Source of the DNA: Eledone cirrhosa
Lineage: Eukaryota
Assembly: GCA_964016885.1 (NCBI GenBank)
Contig: OZ024744.1
Coordinates: 119,722,001 to 119,786,000 of the forward strand
DNA: 64,000 nucleotides
Direction of reading: 5' to 3'
Positions 12,301-26,000 of the stretch are shown piece after piece; position 1 is the stretch's first letter, and the number at the start of each line of letters is the position of its first letter. A program made the translations under genes and the position numbers. Below the pieces are notes generated by a model. It had not been told where the DNA came from, did no database searches, and was given only the letters and a program-made list of their open reading frames with translations.

Positions 12301-14053
12301 TCCTGAGACATTCTAACCACATGTCACAGTATCAGTGCTGTGATCTCTCAATTCAGAGATTCTTTCCTGGGATATTCTAACCACATGTCATAGCATCCGA
12401 GCTGTGATCTCTCAATTCAGAGATTCTTTACTGAGATATTGTAACCACATGTCATAGTATCAGGGCTGTGATCTCTCAATTCAGAGATTCTTTCCTGGGA
12501 TATTCTTACCACATGTCATAATATCAGAGCTGTGATCTCTCAATTCACATATTCTTTCCTGAGACATTCTAACCACATGTCAGAGGATCAGATTTGTGAT
12601 CTCTCAATTCAGAGATTCTTTCCTGAGATATTCTAACCACATGTCACAGTATCAGAGCTGTGATCTCTCAATTCAGAGATTCTTTCCTGAGACATTCTAA
12701 CCCCATGTCATAGTATCAGAGCTGTGATCTCTCAATTCAGAGATTCTTTCCTGAGACATTTTAACCACATGTCATACTATCAGAGCTGTGATATCTCAAT
12801 TCAGAGATTCTTTCCTGATATATTCTAACCACATGTCATCGTATCAGAGCTGTGATCTCTCAATTCAGAGATTCTTTCCTGAGATATTCTAACCACATGT
12901 CATAGTATCAGAGCTGTGATCTCTCAATTCAGAGATTCTTTCCTGAGACATTTTAACCACATGTCATACTATCAGAGCTGTGATATCTCAATTCAGAGAT
13001 TCTTTCCTGATATATTCTAACCACATGTCATAGTATCAGAGCTGTGATATCTCAATTCAGAGATTCTTTCCTGAGAACTTCTCACCACATGTCTGTAGTA
13101 TCAGACCTGTGATCTCTCAATTCAGAGATTTTTTCCTGAGACATTCTAACCACATGTCATATTATTAGAGCTGTGATATCTCAATTCAGAGATTCTATCC
13201 TGAGACATTCTAACCACATGTCATAGTATCAGAGCTGTGATATCTCCATGCAGAGATTCTTTCCTGATATATTCTAACCACATGTCATAGTATCAGAGCT
13301 GTGATATCTCAATTCAGAGATTCTTTCCTGAGAACTTCTAACCACATGTCTGTAGTATCAGAGCTGTGATCTCTCAATTCAGAGATTCTTTCCTGAGATA
13401 TTCTAAACACATGTCATAGTATCAGAGCTGTGATCTCTCACTTCAGAGATTCTTTGCTGAGACATTCTAACCACATGTCATAGTATCAGAGCTGTGATCT
13501 CTCAATTCAGAGATTCTTTCCTGAGACATTCTAACCACATGTCATGGTATCAGAGCTGTGATCTCTCAATTCAGAGATTCTTTCCTGAGACATTCTAACC
13601 ACATGTATCAGAGATATTCTTAATAGTGATCTCTCAATTCAGAGATTCTTTCCTGAGACATTCTAACTCCCTGTCCACAGTATCAGAGCTGTGATCTCTC
13701 AATTTAGAGATTCTTTCCTGAGATATTCTAACCACATGTCATAGTATTAGAGATGTGATCTCTCAATTCAGAGATTCTTTCCTGAGACATTCTAACCACA
13801 TGTCTGTAGTATCAAAGCTGTATGCTCTCAATTCAGAGATTCTTTCCTGAGACATTCTAACCACATGTCATAGTAGCGGAGCTGTGATATCTCAATTCAG
13901 TGATTCTTTCCTGAGATATTCTAACCACATATCATAGTATCAGAGATGTGATCTCTCAATTCAGAGATTCTTTCCTGAGATATTCTAACCACATGTCTGT
14001 AGTATCAGAGCTGTGATCTCTCAATTCAGAGATTCTTTCCTGAGACATTCTAA
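6823..14053 (+). repeat. Tandem block duplication B (offset 3599, then 3591 after an 8-bp deletion)
   Basis: TAACTCCG at 6861 and 10460 (3599). X at 8147 and 11738, and at 10011 and 13602 (3591). The 8-bp deletion is at 11450/11451. Junction at ~10422-10462. Confidence 0.88.
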
Positions 14054-14082
14054 CCACATGTCACAGTATCAGAGCTGTGATA

Positions 14083-17000
14083 TCTCAATTCAGAGATTCT
14101 TTCCTGGGATATTCTAACCACTTGTCATAGTATCAGAGCTGTGATCTCTCAATTCAGAGATTCTTTACTGAGATATTCTAACCACATGTCATAGTATCAG
14201 GGCTGTGATCTCTCAATTCAGAGATTCTTTCCTGGGATATTCGAACAACATGTCATAGTATCAGAGCTGTGATCTCTGAATTCAGAGATTCTATCCTGAG
14301 ACATTCTAACCACATGTCATAGTATCAGAGCTGTGATCTCTCAATTCAGATATTCTTTCCTGAGACATTCTAACCACATTTCATATTATTAAAGCTGTGA
14401 TCTCTCAATTCAGAGATTCTTTCCTGAGAAATTCTAAACTTATGTCTGTAGTATCAGAGCTGTGATCTCTCAATTCAGAGATTCTTTCCTAAGATATTCT
14501 AACCACATGTCATAGTATCAGAGCTGTGATCTCTCAATTCAGAGATTCTTTCCTGAGACATTCTAACCACATGTCATAGGATCAGAGATGTGATCTCTCA
14601 ATTCAGAGATTCTTTCCTGAGACATTCTAACCACATGTCATAGTATTAGAGCTGCGATCTCTCAATTCAGAGATTCTTTCCTGAGACATTCTTACCGCAT
14701 GTCATAGTATCAGAGCTGTGATATCTCAATTCAGCGATTCTTTCCTGAGACATTCTAACCAGATGTCATAGTATCAGCGCTGTGATCTCTCAATTTAGGG
14801 ATTCTTTCCTGAGACATTCTAACCACATGTCATAGTATCAGAGCTGTGATATCTCAATTCAGAGATTCTTTCCTGAGACATTCTAACCACATGTCATATT
14901 ATTAGAGCTGTGATCTCTCAATTCAGATATTCTTTCCTGAGACATTCTTACCACATGTCATAGTATCAGAGATGTGATCTCTCAATTTAGAGATTCTTTC
15001 CTGAGATATTCTAACCACATGTCATAGTATCAGAGCTGTGATCTCTCAATTCAGAGATTCTTTCCTGGGATATTCTTACCACATGTCATAATATCAGAGC
15101 TGTGATCTCTCAATTCACATATTCTTTCTTGAGACATTCTAACCACATGTCAGAGGATCAGATTTGTGATCTCTCAATTCAGAGATTCTTTCCTGAGATA
15201 TTCTAACCACATGTAATACTATCAGAGCTGTGATCTCTCAATTCAGAGATTCTTTCCTGAGAACATCTAACCACATGTCTGTAGTATCAGAGATGTGATC
15301 TCTCAATTCAGAGATTCTTTCCTGAGACATTCTAACCACATGTCACTGTATCAGTGCTGTGATCTCTCAATTCAGAGATTCTTTCCTGGGATATTCTAAC
15401 CACATGTCATAGTATCCGAGCTGTGATATCTCAATTCAGAGATTCTTTACTGAGATATTGTAACCACATGAAATAGTATCAGGGCTGTGATCTCTCAATT
15501 CAGAGATTCTTTCCTGGGATATTCTTACCACAAGTCATAATATCAGAGCTGTGATCTCTCAATTCACATATTCTTTCCTGAGACATTCTAACCACATGTC
15601 AGAGGATCAGATTTGTGATCTCTCAATTCAGAGATTCTTTCCTGAGATATTCTAACCACATGTCATAGTATCAGAGCTGTGATCTCTCAATTCAGAGATT
15701 CTTTCCTGAGACATTCTAACCACATGTCATAGTATCAGAGCTGTGATCTCTCAATTCAGAGATTCTTCCTGAGACATTTTAACCCCATGTCATACTATCA
15801 GAGCTGTGATATCTCAATTCAGAGATTCTTTCCTGATATATTGTAACCACATGTCATAGTATCAGAGCTGTGATATCTCAATTCAGAGATTCTTTCCTGA
15901 GAACTTCTCACCACATGTCTGTAGTATCAGAGCTGTGATCTCTCAATTCAGAGATTTTTTCCTGAGACATTCTAACCACATGTCATATTATTTAAGCTGT
16001 GATATCTCAATTCAGAGATTCTTTCCTGAGACATTCTAACCACATGTCATAGTATCAGAGCTGTGATATCTCCATACAGAGATTCTTTCCTGATATATTC
16101 TAACCACATGTCATAGTATCAGAGCTGTGATATCTCAATTCAGAGATTCTTTCCTGAGAACTTCTAACCACATGTCTCTAGTATCAGAGCTGTGATCTCT
16201 CAATTCAGAGATTCTTTCCTGAGATATTCTAAACACATGTCATAGTATCAGAGCTGTGATCTCTCAATTCAGAGATTCTTTCCTGAGACATTCTAACCAC
16301 ATGTCATAGTATCAGAGCTGTGATCTCTCAATTCAGAGATTCTTTCCTGAGACATTCTAACCACATGTCATAGTATCAGAGCTGTGATCTCTCAATTCAG
16401 AGATTCTTTCCTGAGACATTCTAACCACATGTATCAGAGATATTCTTAATAGTGATCTCTCAATTCAGAGATTCTTTCCTGAGACATTCTAACTCCGTGT
16501 CCACAGTATCAGAGCTGTGATCTCTCAATTTAGAGATTCTTTCCTGAGATATTCTAACCACATGTCATAGTATTAGAGATGTGATCTCTCAATTCAGAGA
16601 TTCTTTCCTGAGACATTCTAACCACATGTCTGTAGTATCAAAGCTGTATGCTCTCAATTCAGAGATTCTTTCCTGAGACATTCTAACCACATGTCATAGT
16701 AGCGGAGCTGTGATATCTCAATTCAGTGATTCTTTCCTGAGATATTCTAACCACATATCATAGTTTCAGAGCTGTGATCTCTCAATTCAGAGATTCTTTC
16801 CTGAGATATTCTAACCACATGTCTGTAGTATCAGAGCTGTGATCTCTCAATTCAGAGATTCTTTCCTGAGACATTCTAACCACATGTCACAGTATCAGAG
16901 CTGTGATATCTCAATTCAGAGATTCTTTCCTGGGATATTCTAACCACATGTCATAGTATCAGAGCTGTGATCTCTCAATTCAGAGATTCTTTACTGAGAT

Positions 17001-20000
17001 ATTGTAACCACATGTCATAGTATCAGGGCTGTGATCTCTCAATTCAGAGATTCTTTCCTGGGATATTCGAACCACATGTCATAGTATCAGAGCTGTGATC
17101 TCTCAATTCAGAGATTCTATCCTGAGACATTCTAACCACATGTCATAGTATCAGAGCTGTGATCTCTCAATTCAGATATTCTTTCCTGAGACATTCTAAC
17201 CACATGTCATATTATTAAAGCTGTGATCTCTCAATTCAGAGATTCTTTCCTGAGAAATTCTAACCTTATGTCTGTAGTATCAGAGCTGTGATCTCTCAAT
17301 TCAGAGATTCTTTCCTGAGACATTCTAACCACATGTCATAGTATCAGTGCTGTGATCTCTCAATTCAGAGATTCTTTCCTAAGATATTCTAACCACATGT
17401 CATAGTATCAGAGCTGTGATCTCTCAATTCAGAGATTCTTTCCTGGGATATTCTAACCACATGTCTTAATATCAGGGCTGTGATCTCTCAATTCAGAGAT
17501 TCTTTCCTGAGACATTCTAACCAAATGTCATAGTATCAGCGCTGTGATCTCTCAATTTAGGGATTCTTTCCTGAGACATTCTAACCACATGTCATAGTAT
17601 CAGAGCTGTGATATCTCAATTCAGAGATTCTTTCCTGAGACATTCTAACCACATGTCATATTATTAGAGCTGTGATCTCTCAATTCAGATATTCTTTCCT
17701 GAGACATTCTTACCACATGTCATAGTATCAGAGCTGTGATCTCTCAATTTAGAGATTCTTTCCTGAGATATTCTAACCACATGTCATAGTATCAGAGCTG
17801 TGATCTCTCAATTCAGAGATTCTTTCCTGGGATATTCTTACCACATGTCATAATATCAGAGCTGTGATCTCTCAATTCACATATTCTTTCCTGAGACATT
17901 CTAACCACATGTCAGAGGATCAGATTTGTGATCTCTCAATTCAGAGATTCTTTCCTGAGATATTCTAACCACATGTAATACTATCAGAGCTGTGATCTCT
18001 CAATTCAGAGATTCTTTCCTGAGAACATCTAACCACATGTCTGTAGTATCAGAGATGTGATCTCTCAATTCAGAGATTCTTTCCTGAGACATTCTAACCA
18101 CATGTCACAGTATCAGTGCTGTGATCTCTCAATTCAGAGATTCTTTCCTGGGTTATTCTAACCACATGTCATAGTATCCGAGCTGTGATATCTCAATTCA
18201 GAGATTCTTTACTGAGATATTGTAACCACATGTCATAGTATCAGGGCTGTGATCTCTCAATTCAGAGATTCTTTCCTGGGATATTCTTACCACATGTCAT
18301 AATATCAGAGCTGTGATCTCTCAATTCACATATTCTTTCCTGAGACATTCTAACCACATGTCAGAGGATCAGATTTGTGATCTCTCAATTCAGAGATTCT
18401 TTCCTGATATATTGTAACCACATGTCATAGTATCAGAGCTGTGATATCTCAATTCAGAGATTCTTTCCTGATATATTGTAACCACATGTCATAGTATCAG
18501 AGCTGTGATATCTCAATTCAGAGATTCTTTCCTGAGAACTTCTCACCACATGTCTGTAGTATCAGAGCTGTGATCTCTCAATTCAGAGATTTTTTCCTGA
18601 GACATTCTAACCACATGTCATATTATTTAAGCTGTGATATCTCAATTCAGAGATTCTTCCTGAGACATTTTAACCCCATGTCATACTATCAGAGCTGTGA
18701 TATCTCAATTCAGAGATTCTTTCCTGATATATTGTAACCACATGTCATAGTATCAGAGCTGTGATATCTCAATTCAGAGATTCTTTCCTGAGAACTTCTC
18801 ACCACATGTCTGTAGTATCAGAGCTGTGATCTCTCAATTCAGAGATTTTTTCCTGAGACATTCTAACCACATGTCATATTATTTAAGCTGTGATATCTCA
18901 ATTCAGAGATTCTTTCCTGAGACATTCTAACCACATGTCATAGTATCAGAGCTGTGATATCTCCATACAGAGATTCTTTCCTGATATATTCTAACCACAT
19001 GTCATAGTATCAGAGCTGTGATATCTCAATTCAGAGATTCTTTCCTGAGAACTTCTAACCACATGTCTCTAGTATCAGAGCTGTGATCTCTCAATTCAGA
19101 GATTCTTTCCTGAGATATTCTAAACACATGTCATAGTATCAGAGCTGTGATCTCTCAATTCAGAGATTCTTTCCTGAGACATTCTAACCACATGTCATAG
19201 TATCAGAGCTGTGATCTCTCAATTCAGAGATTCTTTCCTGAGACATTCTAACCACATGTCATAGTATCAGAGCTGTGATCTCTCAATTCAGAGATTCTTT
19301 CCTGAGACATTCTAACCACATGTATCAGAGATATTCTTAATAGTGATCTCTCAATTCAGAGATTCTTTCCTGAGACATTCTAACTCCGTGTCCACAGTAT
19401 CAGAGCTGTGATCTCTCAATTTAGAGATTCTTTCCTGAGATATTCTAACCACATGTCATAGTATTAGAGATGTGATCTCTCAATTCAGAGATTCTTTCCT
19501 GAGACATTCTAACCACATGTCTGTAGTATCAAAGCTGTATGCTCTCAATTCAGAGATTCTTTCCTGAGACATTCTAACCACATGTCATAGTAGCGGAGCT
19601 GTGATATCTCAATTCAGTGATTCTTTCCTGAGATATTCTAACCACATATCATAGTTTCAGAGCTGTGATCTCTCAATTCAGAGATTCTTTCCTGAGATAT
19701 TCTAACCACATGTCTGTAGTATCAGAGCTGTGATCTCTCAATTCAGAGATTCTTTCCTGAGACATTCTAACCACATGTCACAGTATCAGAGCTGTGATAT
19801 CTCAATTCAGAGATTCTTTCCTGGGATATTCTAACCACATGTCATAGTATCAGAGCTGTGATCTCTCAATTCAGAGATTCTTTACTGAGATATTGTAACC
19901 ACATGTCATAGTATCAGGGCTGTGATCTCTCAATTCAGAGATTCTTTCCTGGGATATTCGAACCACATGTCATAGTATCAGAGCTGTGATCTCTCAATTC

Positions 20001-23000
20001 AGAGATTCTATCCTGAGACATTCTAACCACATGTCATAGTATCAGAGCTGTGATCTCTCAATTCAGATATTCTTTCCTGAGACATTCTAACCACATGTCA
20101 TATTATTAAAGCTGTGATCTCTCAATTCAGAGATTCTTTCCTGAGAAATTCTAACCTTATGTCTGTAGTATCAGAGCTGTGATCTCTCAATTCAGAGATT
20201 CTTTCCTGAGACATTCTAACCACATGTCATAGTATCAGTGCTGTGATCTCTCAATTCAGAGATTCTTTCCTAAGATATTCTAACCACATGTCATAGTATC
20301 AGAGCTGTGATCTCTCAATTCAGAGATTCTTTCCTGGGATATTCTAACCACATGTCTTAATATCAGGGCTGTGATCTCTCAATTCAGAGATTCTTTCCTG
20401 AGACATTCTAACCAAATGTCATAGTATCAGCGCTGTGATCTCTCAATTTAGGGATTCTTTCCTGAGACATTCTAACCACATGTCATAGTATCAGAGCTGT
20501 GATATCTCAATTCAGAGATTCTTTCCTGAGACATTCTAACCACATGTCATATTATTAGAGCTGTGATCTCTCAATTCAGATATTCTTTCCTGAGACATTC
20601 TTACCACATGTCATAGTATCAGAGCTGTGATCTCTCAATTTAGAGATTCTTTCCTGAGATATTCTAACCACATGTCATAGTATCAGAGCTGTGATCTCTC
20701 AATTCAGATATTCTTTCCTGAGACATTCTAACCACATTTCATATTATTAAAGCTGTGATCTCTCAATTCAGAGATTCTTTCCTGGGATATTCTAACCACT
20801 TGTCATAGTATCAGAGCTGTGATCTCTCAATTCAGAGATTCTTTACTGAGATATTCTAACCACATGTCATAGTATCAGGGCTGTGATCTCTCAATTCAGA
20901 GATTCTTTCCTGGGATATTCGAACAACATGTCATAGTATCAGAGCTGTGATCTCTGAATTCAGAGATTCTATCCTGAGACATTCTAACCACATGTCATAG
21001 TATCAGAGCTGTGATCTCTCAATTCAGATATTCTTTCCTGAGACATTCTAACCACATTTCATATTATTAAAGCTGTGATCTCTCAATTCAGAGATTCTTT
21101 CCTGAGAAATTCTAAACTTATGTCTGTAGTATCAGAGCTGTGATCTCTCAATTCAGAGATTCTTTCCTAAGATATTCTAACCACATGTCATAGTATCAGA
21201 GCTGTGATCTCTCAATTCAGAGATTCTTTCCTGAGACATTCTAACCACATGTCATAGGATCAGAGATGTGATCTCTCAATTCAGAGATTCTTTCCTGAGA
21301 CATTCTAACCACATGTCATAGTATTAGAGCTGCGATCTCTCAATTCAGAGATTCTTTCCTGAGACATTCTTACCGCATGTCATAGTATCAGAGCTGTGAT
21401 ATCTCAATTCAGCGATTCTTTCCTGAGACATTCTAACCAGATGTCATAGTATCAGCGCTGTGATCTCTCAATTTAGGGATTCTTTCCTGAGACATTCTAA
21501 CCACATGTCATAGTATCAGAGCTGTGATATCTCAATTCAGAGATTCTTTCCTGAGACATTCTAACCACATGTCATATTATTAGAGCTGTGATCTCTCAAT
21601 TCAGATATTCTTTCCTGAGACATTCTTACCACATGTCATAGTATCAGAGATGTGATCTCTCAATTTAGAGATTCTTTCCTGAGATATTCTAACCACATGT
21701 CATAGTATCAGAGCTGTGATCTCTCAATTCAGAGATTCTTTCCTGGGATATTCTTACCACATGTCATAATATCAGAGCTGTGATCTCTCAATTCACATAT
21801 TCTTTCTTGAGACATTCTAACCACATGTCAGAGGATCAGATTTGTGATCTCTCAATTCAGAGATTCTTTCCTGAGATATTCTAACCACATGTAATACTAT
21901 CAGAGCTGTGATCTCTCAATTCAGAGATTCTTTCCTGAGAACATCTAACCACATGTCTGTAGTATCAGAGATGTGATCTCTCAATTCAGAGATTCTTTCC
22001 TGAGACATTCTAACCACATGTCACTGTATCAGTGCTGTGATCTCTCAATTCAGAGATTCTTTCCTGGGATATTCTAACCACATGTCATAGTATCCGAGCT
22101 GTGATATCTCAATTCAGAGATTCTTTACTGAGATATTGTAACCACATGAAATAGTATCAGGGCTGTGATCTCTCAATTCAGAGATTCTTTCCTGGGATAT
22201 TCTTACCACAAGTCATAATATCAGAGCTGTGATCTCTCAATTCACATATTCTTTCCTGAGACATTCTAACCACATGTCAGAGGATCAGATTTGTGATCTC
22301 TCAATTCAGAGATTCTTTCCTGAGATATTCTAACCACATGTCATAGTATCAGAGCTGTGATCTCTCAATTCAGAGATTCTTTCCTGAGACATTCTAACCA
22401 CATGTCATAGTATCAGAGCTGTGATCTCTCAATTCAGAGATTCTTCCTGAGACATTTTAACCCCATGTCATACTATCAGAGCTGTGATATCTCAATTCAG
22501 AGATTCTTTCCTGATATATTGTAACCACATGTCATAGTATCAGAGCTGTGATATCTCAATTCAGAGATTCTTTCCTGAGAACTTCTCACCACATGTCTGT
22601 AGTATCAGAGCTGTGATCTCTCAATTCAGAGATTTTTTCCTGAGACATTCTAACCACATGTCATATTATTTAAGCTGTGATATCTCAATTCAGAGATTCT
22701 TTCCTGAGACATTCTAACCACATGTCATAGTATCAGAGCTGTGATATCTCCATACAGAGATTCTTTCCTGATATATTCTAACCACATGTCATAGTATCAG
22801 AGCTGTGATATCTCAATTCAGAGATTCTTTCCTGAGAACTTCTAACCACATGTCTCTAGTATCAGAGCTGTGATCTCTCAATTCAGAGATTCTTTCCTGA
22901 GATATTCTAAACACATGTCATAGTATCAGAGCTGTGATCTCTCAATTCAGAGATTCTTTCCTGAGACATTCTAACCACATGTCATAGTATCAGAGCTGTG

Positions 23001-26000
23001 ATCTCTCAATTCAGAGATTCTTTCCTGAGACATTCTAACCACATGTCATAGTATCAGAGCTGTGATCTCTCAATTCAGAGATTCTTTCCTGAGACATTCT
23101 AACCACATGTATCAGAGATATTCTTAATAGTGATCTCTCAATTCAGAGATTCTTTCCTGAGACATTCTAACTCCGTGTCCACAGTATCAGAGCTGTGATC
23201 TCTCAATTTAGAGATTCTTTCCTGAGATATTCTAACCACATGTCATAGTATTAGAGATGTGATCTCTCAATTCAGAGATTCTTTCCTGAGACATTCTAAC
23301 CACATGTCTGTAGTATCAAAGCTGTATGCTCTCAATTCAGAGATTCTTTCCTGAGACATTCTAACCACATGTCATAGTAGCGGAGCTGTGATATCTCAAT
23401 TCAGTGATTCTTTCCTGAGATATTCTAACCACATATCATAGTTTCAGAGCTGTGATCTCTCAATTCAGAGATTCTTTCCTGAGATATTCTAACCACATGT
23501 CTGTAGTATCAGAGCTGTGATCTCTCAATTCAGAGATTCTTTCCTGAGACATTCTAACCACATGTCACAGTATCAGAGCTGTGATATCTCAATTCAGAGA
23601 TTCTTTCCTGGGATATTCTAACCACATGTCATAGTATCAGAGCTGTGATCTCTCAATTCAGAGATTCTTTACTGAGATATTGTAACCACATGTCATAGTA
23701 TCAGGGCTGTGATCTCTCAATTCAGAGATTCTTTCCTGGGATATTCGAACCACATGTCATAGTATCAGAGCTGTGATCTCTCAATTCAGAGATTCTATCC
23801 TGAGACATTCTAACCACATGTCATAGTATCAGAGCTGTGATCTCTCAATTCAGATATTCTTTCCTGAGACATTCTAACCACATGTCATATTATTAAAGCT
23901 GTGATCTCTCAATTCAGAGATTCTTTCCTGAGAAATTCTAACCTTATGTCTGTAGTATCAGAGCTGTGATCTCTCAATTCAGAGATTCTTTCCTGAGACA
24001 TTCTAACCACATGTCATAGTATCAGTGCTGTGATCTCTCAATTCAGAGATTCTTTCCTAAGATATTCTAACCACATGTCATAGTATCAGAGCTGTGATCT
24101 CTCAATTCAGAGATTCTTTCCTGGGATATTCTAACCACATGTCTTAATATCAGGGCTGTGATCTCTCAATTCAGAGATTCTTTCCTGAGACATTCTAACC
24201 AAATGTCATAGTATCAGCGCTGTGATCTCTCAATTTAGGGATTCTTTCCTGAGACATTCTAACCACATGTCATAGTATCAGAGCTGTGATATCTCAATTC
24301 AGAGATTCTTTCCTGAGACATTCTAACCACATGTCATATTATTAGAGCTGTGATCTCTCAATTCAGATATTCTTTCCTGAGACATTCTTACCACATGTCA
24401 TAGTATCAGAGCTGTGATCTCTCAATTTAGAGATTCTTTCCTGAGATATTCTAACCACATGTCATAGTATCAGAGCTGTGATCTCTCAATTCAGAGATTC
24501 TTTCCTGGGATATTCTTACCACATGTCATAATATCAGAGCTGTGATCTCTCAATTCACATATTCTTTCCTGAGACATTCTAACCACATGTCAGAGGATCA
24601 GATTTGTGATCTCTCAATTCAGAGATTCTTTCCTGAGATATTCTAACCACATGTAATACTATCAGAGCTGTGATCTCTCAATTCAGAGATTCTTTCCTGA
24701 GAACATCTAACCACATGTCTGTAGTATCAGAGATGTGATCTCTCAATTCAGAGATTCTTTCCTGAGACATTCTAACCACATGTCACAGTATCAGTGCTGT
24801 GATCTCTCAATTCAGAGATTCTTTCCTGGGTTATTCTAACCACATGTCATAGTATCCGAGCTGTGATATCTCAATTCAGAGATTCTTTACTGAGATATTG
24901 TAACCACATGTCATAGTATCAGGGCTGTGATCTCTCAATTCAGAGATTCTTTCCTGGGATATTCTTACCACATGTCATAATATCAGAGCTGTGATCTCTC
25001 AATTCACATATTCTTTCCTGAGACATTCTAACCACATGTCAGAGGATCAGATTTGTGATCTCTCAATTCAGAGATTCTTTCCTGATATATTGTAACCACA
25101 TGTCATAGTATCAGAGCTGTGATATCTCAATTCAGAGATTCTTTCCTGATATATTGTAACCACATGTCATAGTATCAGAGCTGTGATATCTCAATTCAGA
25201 GATTCTTTCCTGAGAACTTCTCACCACATGTCTGTAGTATCAGAGCTGTGATCTCTCAATTCAGAGATTTTTTCCTGAGACATTCTAACCACATGTCATA
25301 TTATTTAAGCTGTGATATCTCAATTCAGAGATTCTTCCTGAGACATTTTAACCCCATGTCATACTATCAGAGCTGTGATATCTCAATTCAGAGATTCTTT
25401 CCTGATATATTGTAACCACATGTCATAGTATCAGAGCTGTGATATCTCAATTCAGAGATTCTTTCCTGAGAACTTCTCACCACATGTCTGTAGTATCAGA
25501 GCTGTGATCTCTCAATTCAGAGATTTTTTCCTGAGACATTCTAACCACATGTCATATTATTTAAGCTGTGATATCTCAATTCAGAGATTCTTTCCTGAGA
25601 CATTCTAACCACATGTCATAGTATCAGAGCTGTGATATCTCCATACAGAGATTCTTTCCTGATATATTCTAACCACATGTCATAGTATCAGAGCTGTGAT
25701 ATCTCAATTCAGAGATTCTTTCCTGAGAACTTCTAACCACATGTCTCTAGTATCAGAGCTGTGATCTCTCAATTCAGAGATTCTTTCCTGAGATATTCTA
25801 AACACATGTCATAGTATCAGAGCTGTGATCTCTCAATTCAGAGATTCTTTCCTGAGACATTCTAACCACATGTCATAGTATCAGAGCTGTGATCTCTCAA
25901 TTCAGAGATTCTTTCCTGAGACATTCTAACCACATGTCATAGTATCAGAGCTGTGATCTCTCAATTCAGAGATTCTTTCCTGAGACATTCTAACCACATG

